A stretch of 64,000 nt of DNA from positions 107,758,001-107,822,000 of the forward strand of contig NC_086107.1 in the NCBI RefSeq assembly GCF_963921235.1, in the 5' to 3' direction. Position numbers and translations under genes: made by a program. The stretch comes from Mobula hypostoma. Lineage: Eukaryota. Every line of letters begins with the position of its first letter. Position 1 is the first letter of the stretch. The notes under the pieces are model-generated. The model searched no databases. It had not been told where the DNA came from and worked only from the letters and a program-made list of their open reading frames with translations. Shown piece after piece: positions 24,206 to 37,600 of the stretch.

Positions 24206-26549
24206 TAGGCGTCATACATGGTGAAACCTCGATGCTGATACTTGGCAGTGGATAAATGTCACTGTTGATAGTGAACCGAGTGCCTGGTTCATTTTCAAGA
24301 TGGGCACAGAGGTTGTCAGGGCCGGAGGTGAGGGTCAGGCCAGTTCAGCTTGCTGCTCCACAAAGTTTACTCATCTCTGCATTGAACTGAGGCTGTGGCC
24401 TGCAAGTAACGGGCTTCGGAATCGGCTGCAGTGATGCCTGGCTTCGCGTCTGTGGCTCACTTTCATAAACTTCACTTCTAAATGCTACTTGCTCACTTTT
24501 ATTCTCTGCGCAATGATTTGTTTCTATTGGGTTTCTTTGTTTTGTGGCCTGCAAGGAGTCAAATCTCAAGGCTGTGTAAAGATAATAAATGTACTTTGAA
24601 CTTGGATATCATCAGCAAATGATCATTGACCATCTATTCTGGAATAAATATCTTACGTAGGATTGCAGACGGAAATGGGCAGTAATTTTTCCAATTTCCA
24701 CTCTCCTATGCATGGACCCTTTTGGTATTGACTGTAGTAGTAGTGCGATCACTCTAGTTGATGTTCTTCTAAGCGCCTGTCTATTGGTGGGTCTTCAAAC
24801 GGCTGCAGAAGCTGATCCGGGATCCACGTAACCAGGATGTTAGGTGGATTCTGTTAATGGAGAACATCTGAGCATGACTTTCTTTAATACAGGGAGTCTG
24901 TTGCATGGGCAGCCACCACAAGGTCCTTGACAGAGTGGTCCTTGACAAGGTCAGGACACAGTGAAACACAACTGGGGTCCCAGCACTTCTGCAGCCTTCC
25001 TCCATCTTCACTGCATTGTGATTATGTTTCGCCAACTCCACCGTTGAGGTCCTGGTTGGATCGCTCTTTGTCTGGAACTTCCCCCTTGACCTTACCGTCG
25101 TGGGTGCCCCTGCAAGGAGCAAAGCGCCAGATGGCTAAAGTCCAGATGCATTCGCTCTCGGAAACCTCTCCACCACGACAAGGTGACGATCCTTGGAGAA
25201 GTTATTGACTGTATGACATGCCATCTCTTTAACCTTTGATGTTTTAGTTAATGTTACCATGACACCAATTTCCCAATATGCTTTGTAAGATGAACTGCTT
25301 CCTGATTTCACTCTCAGATGGCTGGATCTGATTTTAGGATTGATTTTCCCACTGATAAATTATGGATTGTGGACATTGCTGGCAAGAACAGTATTGTTGC
25401 CCCTGATTACCCACCCTACAGCAGGTGATAGAGGCTCACCTCCTTGACTCAGGTGAAGGTGCTCTCATGGTGCTGTTAAGTTGGGTGTTTTGGGATTTAG
25501 ACAGTGATAATGATGGAACTGCTACTCGGACATGGTGATGTTCCCATGGGCTAGCCTCCTTTGTCTTTCTTGGTGCAGGGAATCGCAGATTTGGGAGGTA
25601 CTGTTGAAGGTATCTTGGTGAGTAACTGCAGTACATCTTGTAGATAGTACACACAGCAGCCACAGTGCAACTGTTGTGGAGGAAATGAAGGTTTGTGGAG
25701 GGTGGGGTGGGTGAGGTACCAATCAAGCAGGTTGTATCTTACCTCCACTTTTATGCACCTCTAAGAGGGGACCACAATCTTGTCGTAGGGTTTGGAAGCT
25801 TGCGTGTCTCAATGACCTGGAGAGCCACGTTGGCTGGAGCCAGGGCATTGCTCCTTGGCTCTTGGGAGGGTCACCCCTGCCAAACAGGTCAAAGTAGAGG
25901 CCAGACGAAGAGTGGTCTACCAGTCCTCCAGGTTCAGGGATTCAGCTCAGGGCCAACGACCCTGACCGGTCAAAAAACAATTGTTGCGGAAACAGCAATG
26001 AAGTATCCTCCTATACAGGCAGAGATGGAGGCCATTCGATGCTGCCCTAAGCACCATGGTGCATGCAAAAATATTAATAACTACAGCAGATTTTCAGACC
26101 TGTCAACCTGTGTCAGTTGATTGTTCCATGCCTCTCTGATCTCCCCATTCAATACATCTTTTTATCCAACTCTCCCTTGTGTATGTTATCCCTTAAACTC
26201 ATCTCTCTGCTATTTACCTCAGATTGCTTCCCACCCCACTCCTCACTCTCCATAGACGAGTTACTCCTTAATTCATAATCATAGAGTCATAGAGCGCTAC
26301 AGACAGAAACAGAGCCTTTGACTTATCTGCCAAGTCTCATTTGGACCTTTGTCCTCCCTACCCCACCCATTTTAAGTATTTATCTGGACTTCTCTTAAAT
26401 GTTGAAATCGAACACAGATCCACCACTTGTGCTGGCAGCTCGTTCCACATTTTCACCACCCTCTGAGTGAAGACGTTCCCTCTCATGTTCCCCTTAAATA
26501 TTTCACCTTTCACCCTTAACCCATGACCTCTAGTTTCAGTCTCACACAA

Positions 26550-27100
26550 TTTGATTCACCAGGATGCTGCCTGGTTTAGAGGGCATGAGCTATCACGAGA
26601 GGCTGGATAAACTTGGGTTGTTTTCACTGGAGCAGCGGAGGCTGAGGAGAGGTCTGATAGAGGTTTATAAGAATATGAGAGACACAGATAGAGTAGACAG
26701 GGAATAAGAGAGTAAGAGTTCGGCATGGACTAGAAGGGCCGAGATGGCCTGTTTCCGTGCTGTAATTGTTATATGGTTATATGGTTATATGGAATAGCTT
26801 TTTCACAGGGTAGAAACGTCTAATACCAGAGGGCATGCATTGAAGATGAGAGGGGGTAGGTTCGAAGGGGATGATTTTTACTCAGAGTGGTGGATGCCTT
26901 GAATGTGCTGCCTGGTATGGTGGTAGGGACAAATACATGAGAGGCTTTTAAGAGATTTTAGATGGATGTAAGGAGGATGGAGGGATATGGACATGGGATA
27001 TATAGGAGGGATCGACGTTTAAGTGTTTTTGACTTGCTCTTTAGCTGGTTTGGCACAACATCTTGGGCTCAAGGGCCTGTTCCTGTGCTGTGCTGTTCTA
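26550..27100 (+). mobile_element. Decayed CR1 3' fragments
   Basis: TTCACCAGGATGCTGCCTGG...GAGGCTGAG...GGGCCTGTTCCTGTGCTG. An opposite-strand CR1 piece lies at about 26280-26545. Confidence 0.7.
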
Positions 27101-29676
27101 TGATGGTCTTATATTTATTCAATTCCCCACATCTGAGTGAGAGTGATGACTCCATGTTCCCCACTCAGAGCAGCCCTACTGCTTTATATGTGGGCACAGT
27201 CCTGTCATACAGAATTAATCTTCATTCTGGCTGCAGGCCTATTCTAACTGATCTCAACATGCCAGGGGTGGGGTGGGGGGGCTTCAATCTGATCATTATC
27301 TGATGACCTTGTCAAGTGAACCTCCATAAGGTCTTCCACAATTGGATACTCTGCTGGTGTTTTCTGGTGACCCAGGGAATCACTCCAGTGGGAGTCAGCT
27401 CCGCTGGAAATGGAGAGGAGATACTTACAGGGAACTGTAAACCCACTAAGGACCATGCAGAGCCCTAGGGTCAAAAGAGCATAAGAAACAGGAACAGGGT
27501 CAGGGAGCGATTCTAGTTTTTTTTTGGGGGGGGCGCTTTTGAACGAAAGGGTTAATCTGTGTGCCCAAGCGACACTGTATCTAACCTGGTTATTTTGAAA
27601 TCCTGTAATCGTATTAGTGGTGTGGGATTTGCTGCCTGCTATAAGGGAACCCATTGTATAGGAGCAGGGCTTAAGCTTGCAGTCAGTCCTAACCACACTG
27701 CTGCTCTCTAAATGGCCTCTTTGTTCCCCATGGTCTCAAGAGCAAGTCTGCAAATTGCAGACTCACGTTTAGCTGAGAGTCGAGCAGTTCAACCTCTCAC
27801 TCCAACCTACACACCGGCCTCCCCCCGGCACCCACCCCCTCTACCACTGAAAGGCTTCACTCCTGAGAGGAAATGTACGGTGGGGACAGCAGCAGTTCAA
27901 AACAGCAATCTGTCAAGATCTTCACTGAGGTGGTCTTTGGGATTTTAATTTTGTAGCTCGAAATAGAAATGGTCAGCTTAATGAACTTGTTGTGTTTCAC
28001 TCTACAACCCACCCAATCTTTGTTTTCCAAGATACCATGATCTGGGAGTGTTGTGGTCATGTTCTCAGACTGGTAATCCAAGGAATGAGGTTTCAGATCT
28101 GATGGAGGACAGGTAGAGAGTTTTAATTTAAGGTAAAGAATATGGAAATAAAGAGATGTGAAAGGATTTTCCTAGAAGCTCATTTAGTTCACTAATATTG
28201 TTTGCAAGAAAGATTTCTGTTGTACCTGCTTGGCTTCTAAGTGTGACTCTATATCCAACACCATCTCAGTACTGTCCTCTGAACTGAAATATATGGGATC
28301 CTGGGATTCATAGCACGGGGGCTACAGTGATGGCAAGGGCACAACTGGTATACTGTACCCATCCTGAACTCCACACTTTAGAAAGGTTGTGAAGCGACTA
28401 GCAAAGAAGTCTACAAGCATAGTTCTCAGAATCGAGGACTCGGGCTACAAGGTTACACTGGAGAAGCAGTCACCCTCTTTTGAACAAAGAAGTTGGTAAT
28501 TTGATTGGACCGTACAATATTATGGGTGATTTACACAGAGTGAACGGAGGGAAACTTGCCTTATTAGTGAATAGAAACATAGAAACATAGAAACATAGAA
28601 AATAGGTGCAGGAGTAGGCCATTCGGCCCTTCGAGCCTGCACCGCCATTTATTATGATCATGGCTGATCATCCAACTCAGAACCCCGCCCCAGCCTTCTC
28701 TCCATACCCCCTGATCCCCGTAGCCACAAGGGCCATATCTAACTCCCTCTTAAATATAGCCAATGAACTGGCCTCAACTGTTTCCTGTGGCAGAGAATTC
28801 CACAGATTCACCACTCTCTGTGTGAAGAAGTTTTTCCTAATGACTCAAGAATAAGCAGATCCCGTTTGTAGGTTCTGCCCGTGACCACATGGGTTTCCTC
28901 CGGGTGCTCCGGTTTCCCCCCACAGTCCAAAGATGTACCTGTTGGTAGGTTAAATGGTCATTGTGAATTGTCCGGTGATCAGGCTTGGATTAAATCTGGG
29001 GGTTGCCGGGTGGCACAATTCCCAGGGCCAGGAGGGCCACGCTGTATCTCAATAAATAAAAATAAATATATATTTTTAATGAAGAGGGAAAAAACAAGAA
29101 TACAGTGGGAGACACACAAAATGGTGGAGGAACTCAGCAGGCCAGGCAGCATCTATGGAAAAAAGTAGTCAACATTTTGAGCTGAGAACCTTTGGCATGA
29201 CTGGAGAAAAAAATACCTGCTGAAGGGTCTCGGCCCGAAAAATCGACTGTACTTTTTTCCACAGATGCTTCCTGGCCTGCTGAGTTCCTCCAGCACTTCG
29301 TGTGTGTTGCTTGGATTTCCAGCTTCTGCCGATTTTCTCGTGTAGATGGGGGGGGGGGGGGATGTCTTTTTACATATGATCATCTTCTAGAAATCACAGA
29401 AGCATAATTAGTGCTTTTGAGAAAGGATTGGACAGGCAGTGAAGTGAATACTTAGCAGGGCAATGAGGAAAGAGCGGGGACATTAGATTGATGTGATTGT
29501 TCTTCTAGAGGCTGGCATGGATTTAGTTAGTTGAATGGCCTTCCTTTGTGCTGAGTCAATTCTACGGTCCAATGAAGTGGGGCATATATGATGCTCTGTT
29601 AGCTTCTCAAGGATAACTTACAGAAATCTCTTAAACTCGTGACTTCTGAAGAACAGGGGCAGAAGATGCATGGGAG

Positions 29677-30485
29677 CAATATTCGCTCTCAGCTGTGTAT
29701 GTGTGCGTGTACACACATCTTTTGCTACTAACTCACAAAGGAATTTAAACTGTGCACAAAAAGTTGTCACCTTCTACCTCGTGGCATGTTAAGTATATTT
29801 CACGATCGTACACAATCACATTTTCTTTTCAGTTTCTGATGCAGACAGTGTTGACAATGTGGAGTTTGTCGTGATTTGTCTGCAGGTTTTAGAACTGGCT
29901 TACTTATTCTGTTTTTATTGAAGAAATTATTGATTCACTATGTCAAATTCCAAAGAGGCAAAGGGTGTGAAGTGTAAAAGAACTGCGAGTTCATTTAAAA
30001 GCGGAATGGCTTAATGAAACCGAAGAAACTGGTACACCGAAAGCTCATGAGGTCAGGAATGTGCAACTACAAGAAATATTTATGTACAATACAGAAAATG
30101 GTGTTACCTGCATGTATTGTGGCGATGCAAAAGTTGCCGGAGAATTTGCAAGTGGAAGAAGCGGAGTGATATTTGGAAACTTGACTTTTTAAAGTCTGAT
30201 TTAGCAAACAAATCACAAATGGATGGTGTGCAGAAGTTCCGGTGAGAAAATACTTCATTACCTGCTACAGGCTTACTACTTATGTTTTTATGAGTGCAGA
30301 TGAACGAGAGCAAAAACGATCAAACCCTGACAAGATCCAGGTTCTTATTGACAGTGTTTTGCTAGCTGTTAGAATGAATACCTCTACATATAAAATTCAG
30401 TGCGAACATGTTGTCACTGGGTAAAAGCTTGCACAGCACAAGATTTTTTGTGCACTCTGGCCATTCCAAATTAGAGGGAACATTG
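29677..30485 (+). mobile_element. Internally deleted hAT DNA transposon
   Basis: Terminal inverted repeats CAATATTCGCTCT / TAGAGGGAACATTG. Perfect 8-bp TSD CATGGGAG at 29669-29676 and 30486-30493. Broken Cys-containing peptide (VTCMYCGDAK) resembling a transposase N-terminal zinc finger. Confidence 0.8.
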
Positions 30486-31754
30486 CATGGGAGCTACTTT
30501 CTTCCCAGGTAACACCATGTCAATGCAAACATATTCAGGGGAAATGAGAACAAGTCCTTGATCTTCATTTAACGTTGACATTTAGGCATCCTAGAGAATT
30601 GGCAGCCTCCAGTTTCTGTCTTCTTTTTTTAAATGGGGGTTGAAGAACCTCAGGACAGAAAAGTGGAAGGGTTAAGTCAAATTCAGGCTTTGGTCATTCT
30701 CCAGTGATCTATTTTAGCTTTGTGGGAATTTATCAAAAGCAAATTGAAAAACACCCGAACACTAATCCCTCCTACTGACACAATGTCCATATCCCTCCAT
30801 CCTCTTCACATCCATGTGCCTATAAACATCTCTTAACAGCCTCTGTTGTATTTGCCTCTACCAGCACACCAGGCAGCACATTCCAGACGACATGACTCTC
30901 TGAGTAAAAAGCTTATCCCTCACATCCCCGTGGAACCTACCCCCTCCCTGCCCTGTGGCATTAGACATTTCAACCCTGGGAAACAGATATTCTCTGTCCA
31001 CTCTATGTATGCCTCTCATAATCTTGTAAACCTCTATCAGCCTCTGGTGCTCTAGAGAAAACAACCTAGCCACTCGAGATAGCACATGCCCTCTCTAAAC
31101 CAGGCAGCATCCTGGTAAATCTCTGCAAAGCCTTCCTATAGTGGGGCGACCAGAAGAAGGATCTGGAAAATGGTCAGGAATGAGTGGTATCCCTACCCCT
31201 GAAGCTACAGGCTCTGAGTTCAGCTCTACTGTGGAGTCTTGTACTCTTGGTTGGCAGTGTTAATAAAAATCCTGCCCCATCTGAGATACCCTATTGGATG
31301 AGATGTTAAACTGAGACTTCACCTGCTCTTTCAGTCATATGTTAAAAAGTATCCAAGGAACTATAATTTCAGAGAATAATTCTCCCTGAGGACCTGGGGC
31401 CGATATTTATCCTTTAGACGACATCGCTAAGTCAGATCATTTTGTAATACAGCGATTATATTTCAAAAGCTCTTCTGAAGTGTTTTGGGAGAACCTGAGG
31501 TTATAAAGAAATACAAGTCTATTTTGCTCTCTTCTCAGAGACCGAGAGAGTGTGAATACAACCACATCCCAGGAATCAGGATAAACGAGAGGGTGCAGTT
31601 CATATAGTTCATAAACTAAAATAAATATATTATAGGAATCGAAGAATATGGCTTTGGTATTTACATAAATGAAGATGTGTGTGTGTGTGTGCGTTTGTAA
31701 TCTTGAAGAGGTTTGTTCGAAGTAAATTTATTATCATAGTATGTATATAGTAGT

Positions 31755-32255
31755 AGTTCTGGTCGCCTCACTATAGAAAGGATGTGGAAGCACTGGAAAG
31801 GGTACAGAGGAGACTTACCAGGATGCTGCCTGGTTTAGAGAGTATGCTTTATGATCAGAGACTAAGGGAGCTAGGGCTTTACTCTTTGGAGAGAAGGAGG
31901 ATGAGAGCAGACATGATAGAGGTGTACAAGATAATAAGGGGAATAGATAGAGTGGATAGCCAGCACCCCTTCCCCAGGGCACTACTGCTCAATACAAGAG
32001 GACATGACTTTAAGTTAAGGGGTGGGAAGTTCAAGGGGGATATTAGAGGAAGGTTTTTTACTCAGAGAGTGGTTGGTGCGTGGAATGCACTGCCTGAGTC
32101 AGTGGTGGAGGCAGATACACCAGTGAAATTTAAGAGACTACTGGACAGGTATATGGAGGAATTTAAGTTGGGGGCTTATATGGGAGGCAGGGTTTGAAGG
32201 TCGGCACAACATTGTGGGCCGAAGGGCCTGTACTGTGCTGTACTATTCTATGTTC
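31755..32255 (+). mobile_element. CR1 3' end
   Basis: ALERVQRRLTRMLPGL..FFTQRVVGAWNALP. (TTCTATG) tail. TATGTATAT flanks. Confidence 0.85.
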
Positions 32256-32685
32256 TATGTATATGTCACCATATACTACCTTGACATTCATTTTCTTCCA
32301 GGAAAATAAAGAAACATAATAGAGTTTATGAAAAAATATTACATATAACAAAGACTGAAAAACATGCAATGTGCTAATGAGGATGAATTATGCCAATAAT
32401 AAATGAAAAATGTAAGAAATAATACCGAGAATATGAGTTGCCTTCCTCTTGCTGTGGCAGGAGCGATTCCTCTCTCTCCCTTGTTAAGTGAGAGTGAGAA
32501 TGAGAGTGAGTGAGAGTGAGAGAGAGTGAGAGTGCGAGAGAGGGAAAGAGAGAGAGAGAGCGAGACAGACAGACAGACACTGTGGCATGTCGAACTGATG
32601 GGTGAGCAGGTTTTTTTGATGGCCTCTAGATTATGGTCTCTGGGGACTTTGCTATTCCTTGCATGGTGGGTGATGGAGGAGGCTC

Positions 32686-32874
32686 AAACACGAGGAAATC
32701 TGCAGATGCTGGAATTTCAGGCAACACACACAAAAAATGCTGGTGAACGCAGCAGGTCAGGCAGCATCTATAGGAAGAGATACAGTCAAAGGGTCCCGGC
32801 CTGAAATGTCGACTGTATCTCTTCCTATAGATGCTGCCTGGCCTGCTGCTTTCACCAGCATTTTTTGTGTGTGT
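32686..32874. mobile_element. Penelope-like pLTR fold-back
   Basis: Inverted arms meeting at about 32787. TGATGGAGGAG on both sides (32671-32681 and 32875-32885). Confidence 0.75.
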
Positions 32875-35252
32875 TGATGGAGGAGTCTGTTGCTTTTTGC
32901 TGAGATAGGTGGGGGAAGGGGTGGAGGGTTGATGCTTTCACTGCTGCTTGTGCGTGAGAGGGGGCAAGGGGGGAGTTTGGGGTTCTAACTTTTTTTCCTG
33001 TCATTCATTCTTTGGGGTTTTTCTTCTGTTTTGTGGATGTCTGTGGAGAGTAAGAATTTCAGGTTGTATACTGCACACATTCTCTGATATTGTAGAGTCC
33101 TTGAAAGTGAGTCCATAGGGTGTGGAGTCAGTTCAGCATTGAGGTTAGTGAAATTATCCACACTGATTCAGGAGCCTGATGGTTAAAGGATAATAACTGT
33201 TCTTTAACCTGGTGGTGTGGGACATAAGGATATAACACACTTTTCATCTCTCTTCCCTCCGGATGAAGGCTCAGGAGCTTGAAGACTCATACGGCCAGAT
33301 TTGGGAACAGCTTCTTTCCAACTGTGATAAGACTGCTGAACGGATCCTGACCCAGATCAGGGCCGTACCCTCCAAATATCTGGACCTGCCTCTCGGTTTT
33401 TTTGCACTACCTTACTTTGCATTGTTCTATTTTCTATTTATGATTTATAATTTAAATTTTTAATATTTACTATCGATTTGTAATCCAGGGAGCGGGAAGG
33501 GCAGAATCAAATATCGCTGTGATGATTGTACGCTCTATTATCAATTGTTTGGCGACAATAAAGTATGAAGTATAAAGTATATATATATCCCTACGAGGAG
33601 GTGTGAGTGTGTATGTGAGATTCCATATTTATGTGTACACAGATGTGTTTGTGTGTGAGTCAAGAGAAAGTGTGAATGTGTAAATACACTTGATTGCATG
33701 AGGTGTGTGTACTGTGACAGTATGAGTTATCAGCGTGAGCCTGTATGAAGAGGTAAGTACTTGTGTCTCAGCCTGTATGAGATAAAGGCAAGAGATTCTG
33801 CAGATGCTGGAAATCCAGAGTGAAACACACAAAATGCTGGAGGAGCTCAGTAGGGCAGGCCACATCTATGGCGAGGATTGAAGAGCCAGCGTTTCGGGAT
33901 GAGACCCTTCATCTGAGTTTGTGAGACAACGTACAAGGTGGTGCGAGTGTGTGAGAGGCCATATCAGGAAGCATAAATACATGTTTGGGAGACTGTAGAT
34001 GGAGGTATGTGTGTGTGTGTGTGTGTGTGTGTGTCATTGTGTATTTATGTGAGGCTGTGTGAGAGAGTGCATGTCTGTGTGTGGTGCCCCAACCGAAAAC
34101 CTGAGACAGAGATTTCCACTGACTACCTTGCATGGCACTAATTCCTTGGCTACCTGCCATAAAATATATTTTTCCAAGGAAGTTTTTGCCTGCTGCCGGG
34201 CTGATTCGAGGGCTCCCCACCTCTTCTAGTCTCAATCCCCTGCTGCCCTCCACCCCTTTGCGGACTCCCTCTCGGCCCCGGCGCTGTCTACGTGTGCGCC
34301 TATGAAAAATAAACGCTACAACTTCATTAAAATAACAGACACCATCCAAGGGAGTAACAGGCCTACAATTCTATCTGGGTGATGTTATAGACCGCAATGG
34401 CAGCTTAGGAAAGAGCGTCCAAGTCCTTGGTCTAAACACCAGCCAGCACCCTCCCTCCCAGGTATTTACATTACAGAACAGAGCTTCACTGTGTGGTGTC
34501 AGCTCAGGGAAAGGTTGAGAAATCACACAACCTCCGCCCAATCAAGACCACTCCTGGGCTATGTTGGACTATGTCTGTTTCAGTAACCTGGCTGGATGGG
34601 TCAGATCTGAATTGTCTGCATCTGCATTTACCCCCTCAAACCTCTTCATACCCCTCTAGGTCCTTGGAATCTGACTTGTCAGAATGGTTTTTTTAGAGTT
34701 GTGGGTCCAGAGGATTGGTTTTGATCTATACCACAGGGCGATCTAGTATCGAAGACTTCGAGGTGGAGTGAGTGTGTGACAGATAAGAGTGACACATGAA
34801 CAACCAAACACAGAAATTGGAGGTGCAATCTAGCAGAGACAGGAGCACGAATAGCTGTAGCATTAGAGTCACAGAAATCGGGACAATTAACCTTAAAGAG
34901 CAGGTAATGATGGGAATTCATCAGGATCCAGCAGGAGTCTGGGCTCAGTGGAATAAACCTTGGCAATGCTTCCCAGGTGGCACCTATTAAGGATTGTCAA
35001 ATTATGTTAGGCAGGTAACAAACACAAGTATAGCCTATTGGACCAATGCCTACTGATAGGCCATCAATTTTGCTGCTTCAGTTAGAACTCAGGTATCTTG
35101 CACTCAATTGTAACACCGCTCGACTGAACTTGGCTCTGGACTGCAGTGACAGTCACTAACCTCGACAGGAGTCAGCTCATCTTGCAAGAATCTGGTACCA
35201 GTTGGAGATTTAGGTTGAAATTGCACGTGATATAGCAATGTCCATGTGATAA

Positions 35253-36135
35253 ACACTCAGTGGTCACTTAGGTACAGGAAGTACCTGATAAGGTAGCTGC
35301 TGAGTTTATGGTTGTTGTCTTCTGCTGCTGGAGCTCATCCACTTCAACGTCCGACGTACTGTGCATCAGAGATGCTCTTCAGTACTCTCTCTGTGGGTTT
35401 GCACATTCTTCCTGTGACTGCGGGGTTTTCCCCCGGACGCTCTGGTTTCCTCCCACATCCTGCAGATGTGTTGCTTGGTTTATTGGTTACTGATAAGCAT
35501 TCCTAATGAGTAGATAAGTCAGCAGCGATCTGATGGGCATGTGGGAGAGAACAGATTATAAGGAAGTAAGTGGGGGAATGGGATCGATGGGGATACTCGG
35601 AGACAGACTCAATGAGCCGAATGGCTTTCTTCTGTATTGTAAGGAAATACATAAAATTTCTACTTTATTAGGAACTGTACCTCCTGTATTTAATAAAGTT
35701 CCCCCAAGTGTATGTTTGTGGTCTTCCACTGCTGTAGCCCATCCACCTCAAGGTTCAACATGTTGTGCATTCAGAGATGCTCTTCTGCACGTCACTGTTG
35801 TAATGTGTGGTTATTTGAGTTGCTGTTGTCTTCCTGTCAGCTTGAATCACTCTGGCCATTCTCCTCTGACCTCTCATTAACAAGGCATTTTCACCCCCAG
35901 AACTGCTGCTCACTGGATGATTTTTGTTTCTCGCACCATTCTCTGTAAACTCTAGAGACAATTGTGCATGAAAATTCCAGGAAATCAACAGATCCTGAGA
36001 TACTAAAACCAAGAAACATTCCACCAGCAAAATCATTTAGCCCACATTTGTTCCCCATTTTGACGTTTGGTCTGAACAACAACTAAACCTCTTGACCATG
36101 TTTGCCTGCTTTTATGCACTGAGTTGCTGCCACAT
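35253..36135 (-). mobile_element. Tc1-family remnant(s) with a V-SINE-like insert
   Basis: CACTCAGTGGTCACTT start. Peptide GNKCGLNDFAGG...IVSRVYREWCEK. Confidence 0.7.
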
Positions 36136-36399
36136 GAAGCAACTGAATGTATTCTGCTTCCAAATTTTTTCAAATTATTTCAATAGAGTCAAATTTTAGG
36201 CAGACATTTGCAGCACTCGAGAGAAAGGAGACTGGACTCTAGGACCTGCAGAAAATGAAGCTGTCGTGCCGTGAAATGGGACTGGGATTAAAGTAGGTCA
36301 GATAGATATTTAAACTCAAGAATGGTACATTACCCATCTATGTGACTAGAAGTTTTATCTGAATTAAGAAGTTGAAAGTACAAGTATTGCAAGCGGTTT

Positions 36400-36902
36400 T
36401 AGGCCCCTTATCTAAGAAAGCATGTGCTGGCATTGGAGAGAGTCCAGAGGCGGTTCACGACAATAATTCCGGGTATGAAAGGGTTAATGTGTGAGGAGCA
36501 TTTGATGCCTCTGGACCTGTACTCTCTGGAGTTTAGAAGAATGAGGGGGAATCTTATTGAAACTTACCAAATATTGAAAGGCTCAGGTAGAGTGGATGTA
36601 GAGAGGATGTTTCCTGTAGTAGGGGAGACTAGGACCAGAAGGCACAGCCTCAGAATAGAGTGACATATCTTCACAACAGAGATGAGGAGGAATTTCATTA
36701 GCCAGAGGATGGTGAATCTGTCACAGACAGCCAAGTCACTAGGTATATTTAAAACAGAAGCTGATAGGTTCTTGATTAGTAAGGGTGTCAAAAGTTACGA
36801 GGAGAAGGAGGTGAATGGGGCTTAGAGGGATAATAAATCAGCCATGATGGAATGGCAGAGCAGACTTGATAACCTGAATTCTGCTCCTAGGTCTTATGGT
36901 CT
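36400..36902 (+). mobile_element. CR1 3' end
   Basis: LALERVQRRFT..LEFRRMRGNLIETY..RTRRHSLRI. Confidence 0.8.
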
Positions 36903-37094
36903 TGCCCGAGCAGAAAAATCCATTTTAGATGTGCTGCGTTCTAACAAGACACAATAAACCTGTGGTGTTCTTTCTGGCTGCAAAGATGGTTTGTTGCTCC
37001 TGAAAACATCTCAGTCAGGAAGCAAGGGCTTCCCAAAAATCCTCCAGCCTTTGCTTCGCTCTCTGTTTCAGGATATATTAACCCACATCTAATG

Positions 37095-37600
37095 GAAGAG
37101 GTGGTTGTCCCTCGGGGTCCAAGGAAGACTGAACATTGTGCAGTCATCTGTGGATACGCATGTGGCTTCGGAGGCCGAAGGACAAAGCACACACGTGGTT
37201 GCAGGTTGGACATGGAATGGCGGTTGTTAGAACAGGTGCATACACAGCTTTGTGGTGTCGGTCTCGTGCCGCTGCAAGGCGCTGATTTCGGTCATCCTCA
37301 AAGTCAGATACAGCTTTTCTAATCAGGGCGCGCCACGCAGCCCTGTCGGCTGCGGACTCCCCGGGTTGTCGAGGCTGGAGGTCTGCCCATTTGATGTACG
37401 ATTTCAGATTGTCTTTGAATCTTTTTTTGGGGTGGCCTTGATTGCGACTGCCATGCTCAGGCTCACCGTAGAGCAGCTGCCTGGGGATTCTTGTTTCACC
37501 CATGTGGATTACATGGGCAGTCCAGCGTAGCAGGGCCTGGAGGATCCTTGCCTCAATGCTTGTGCTGTTGGCTCTGTCAAGTACTTCCTGGTTGGTGAAC
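37095..37600 (-). mobile_element. RTE-clade LINE C-terminus with C2H2 zinc finger and 3' UTR
   Basis: TNQEVLDRA..LRWTAHVIHM..RIPRQLLYGE..GHPKKRFKDNLK..CPTCNHVCALSFGLRSHMRIH. Confidence 0.85.

Noticed and set aside
33880..33915. Active hammerhead (also at about 10893, 20395, 29215, 48385, 51507 and 54905)
   Set aside because: The core CUGANGA, GAAA or cleavage region is mutated in each copy.
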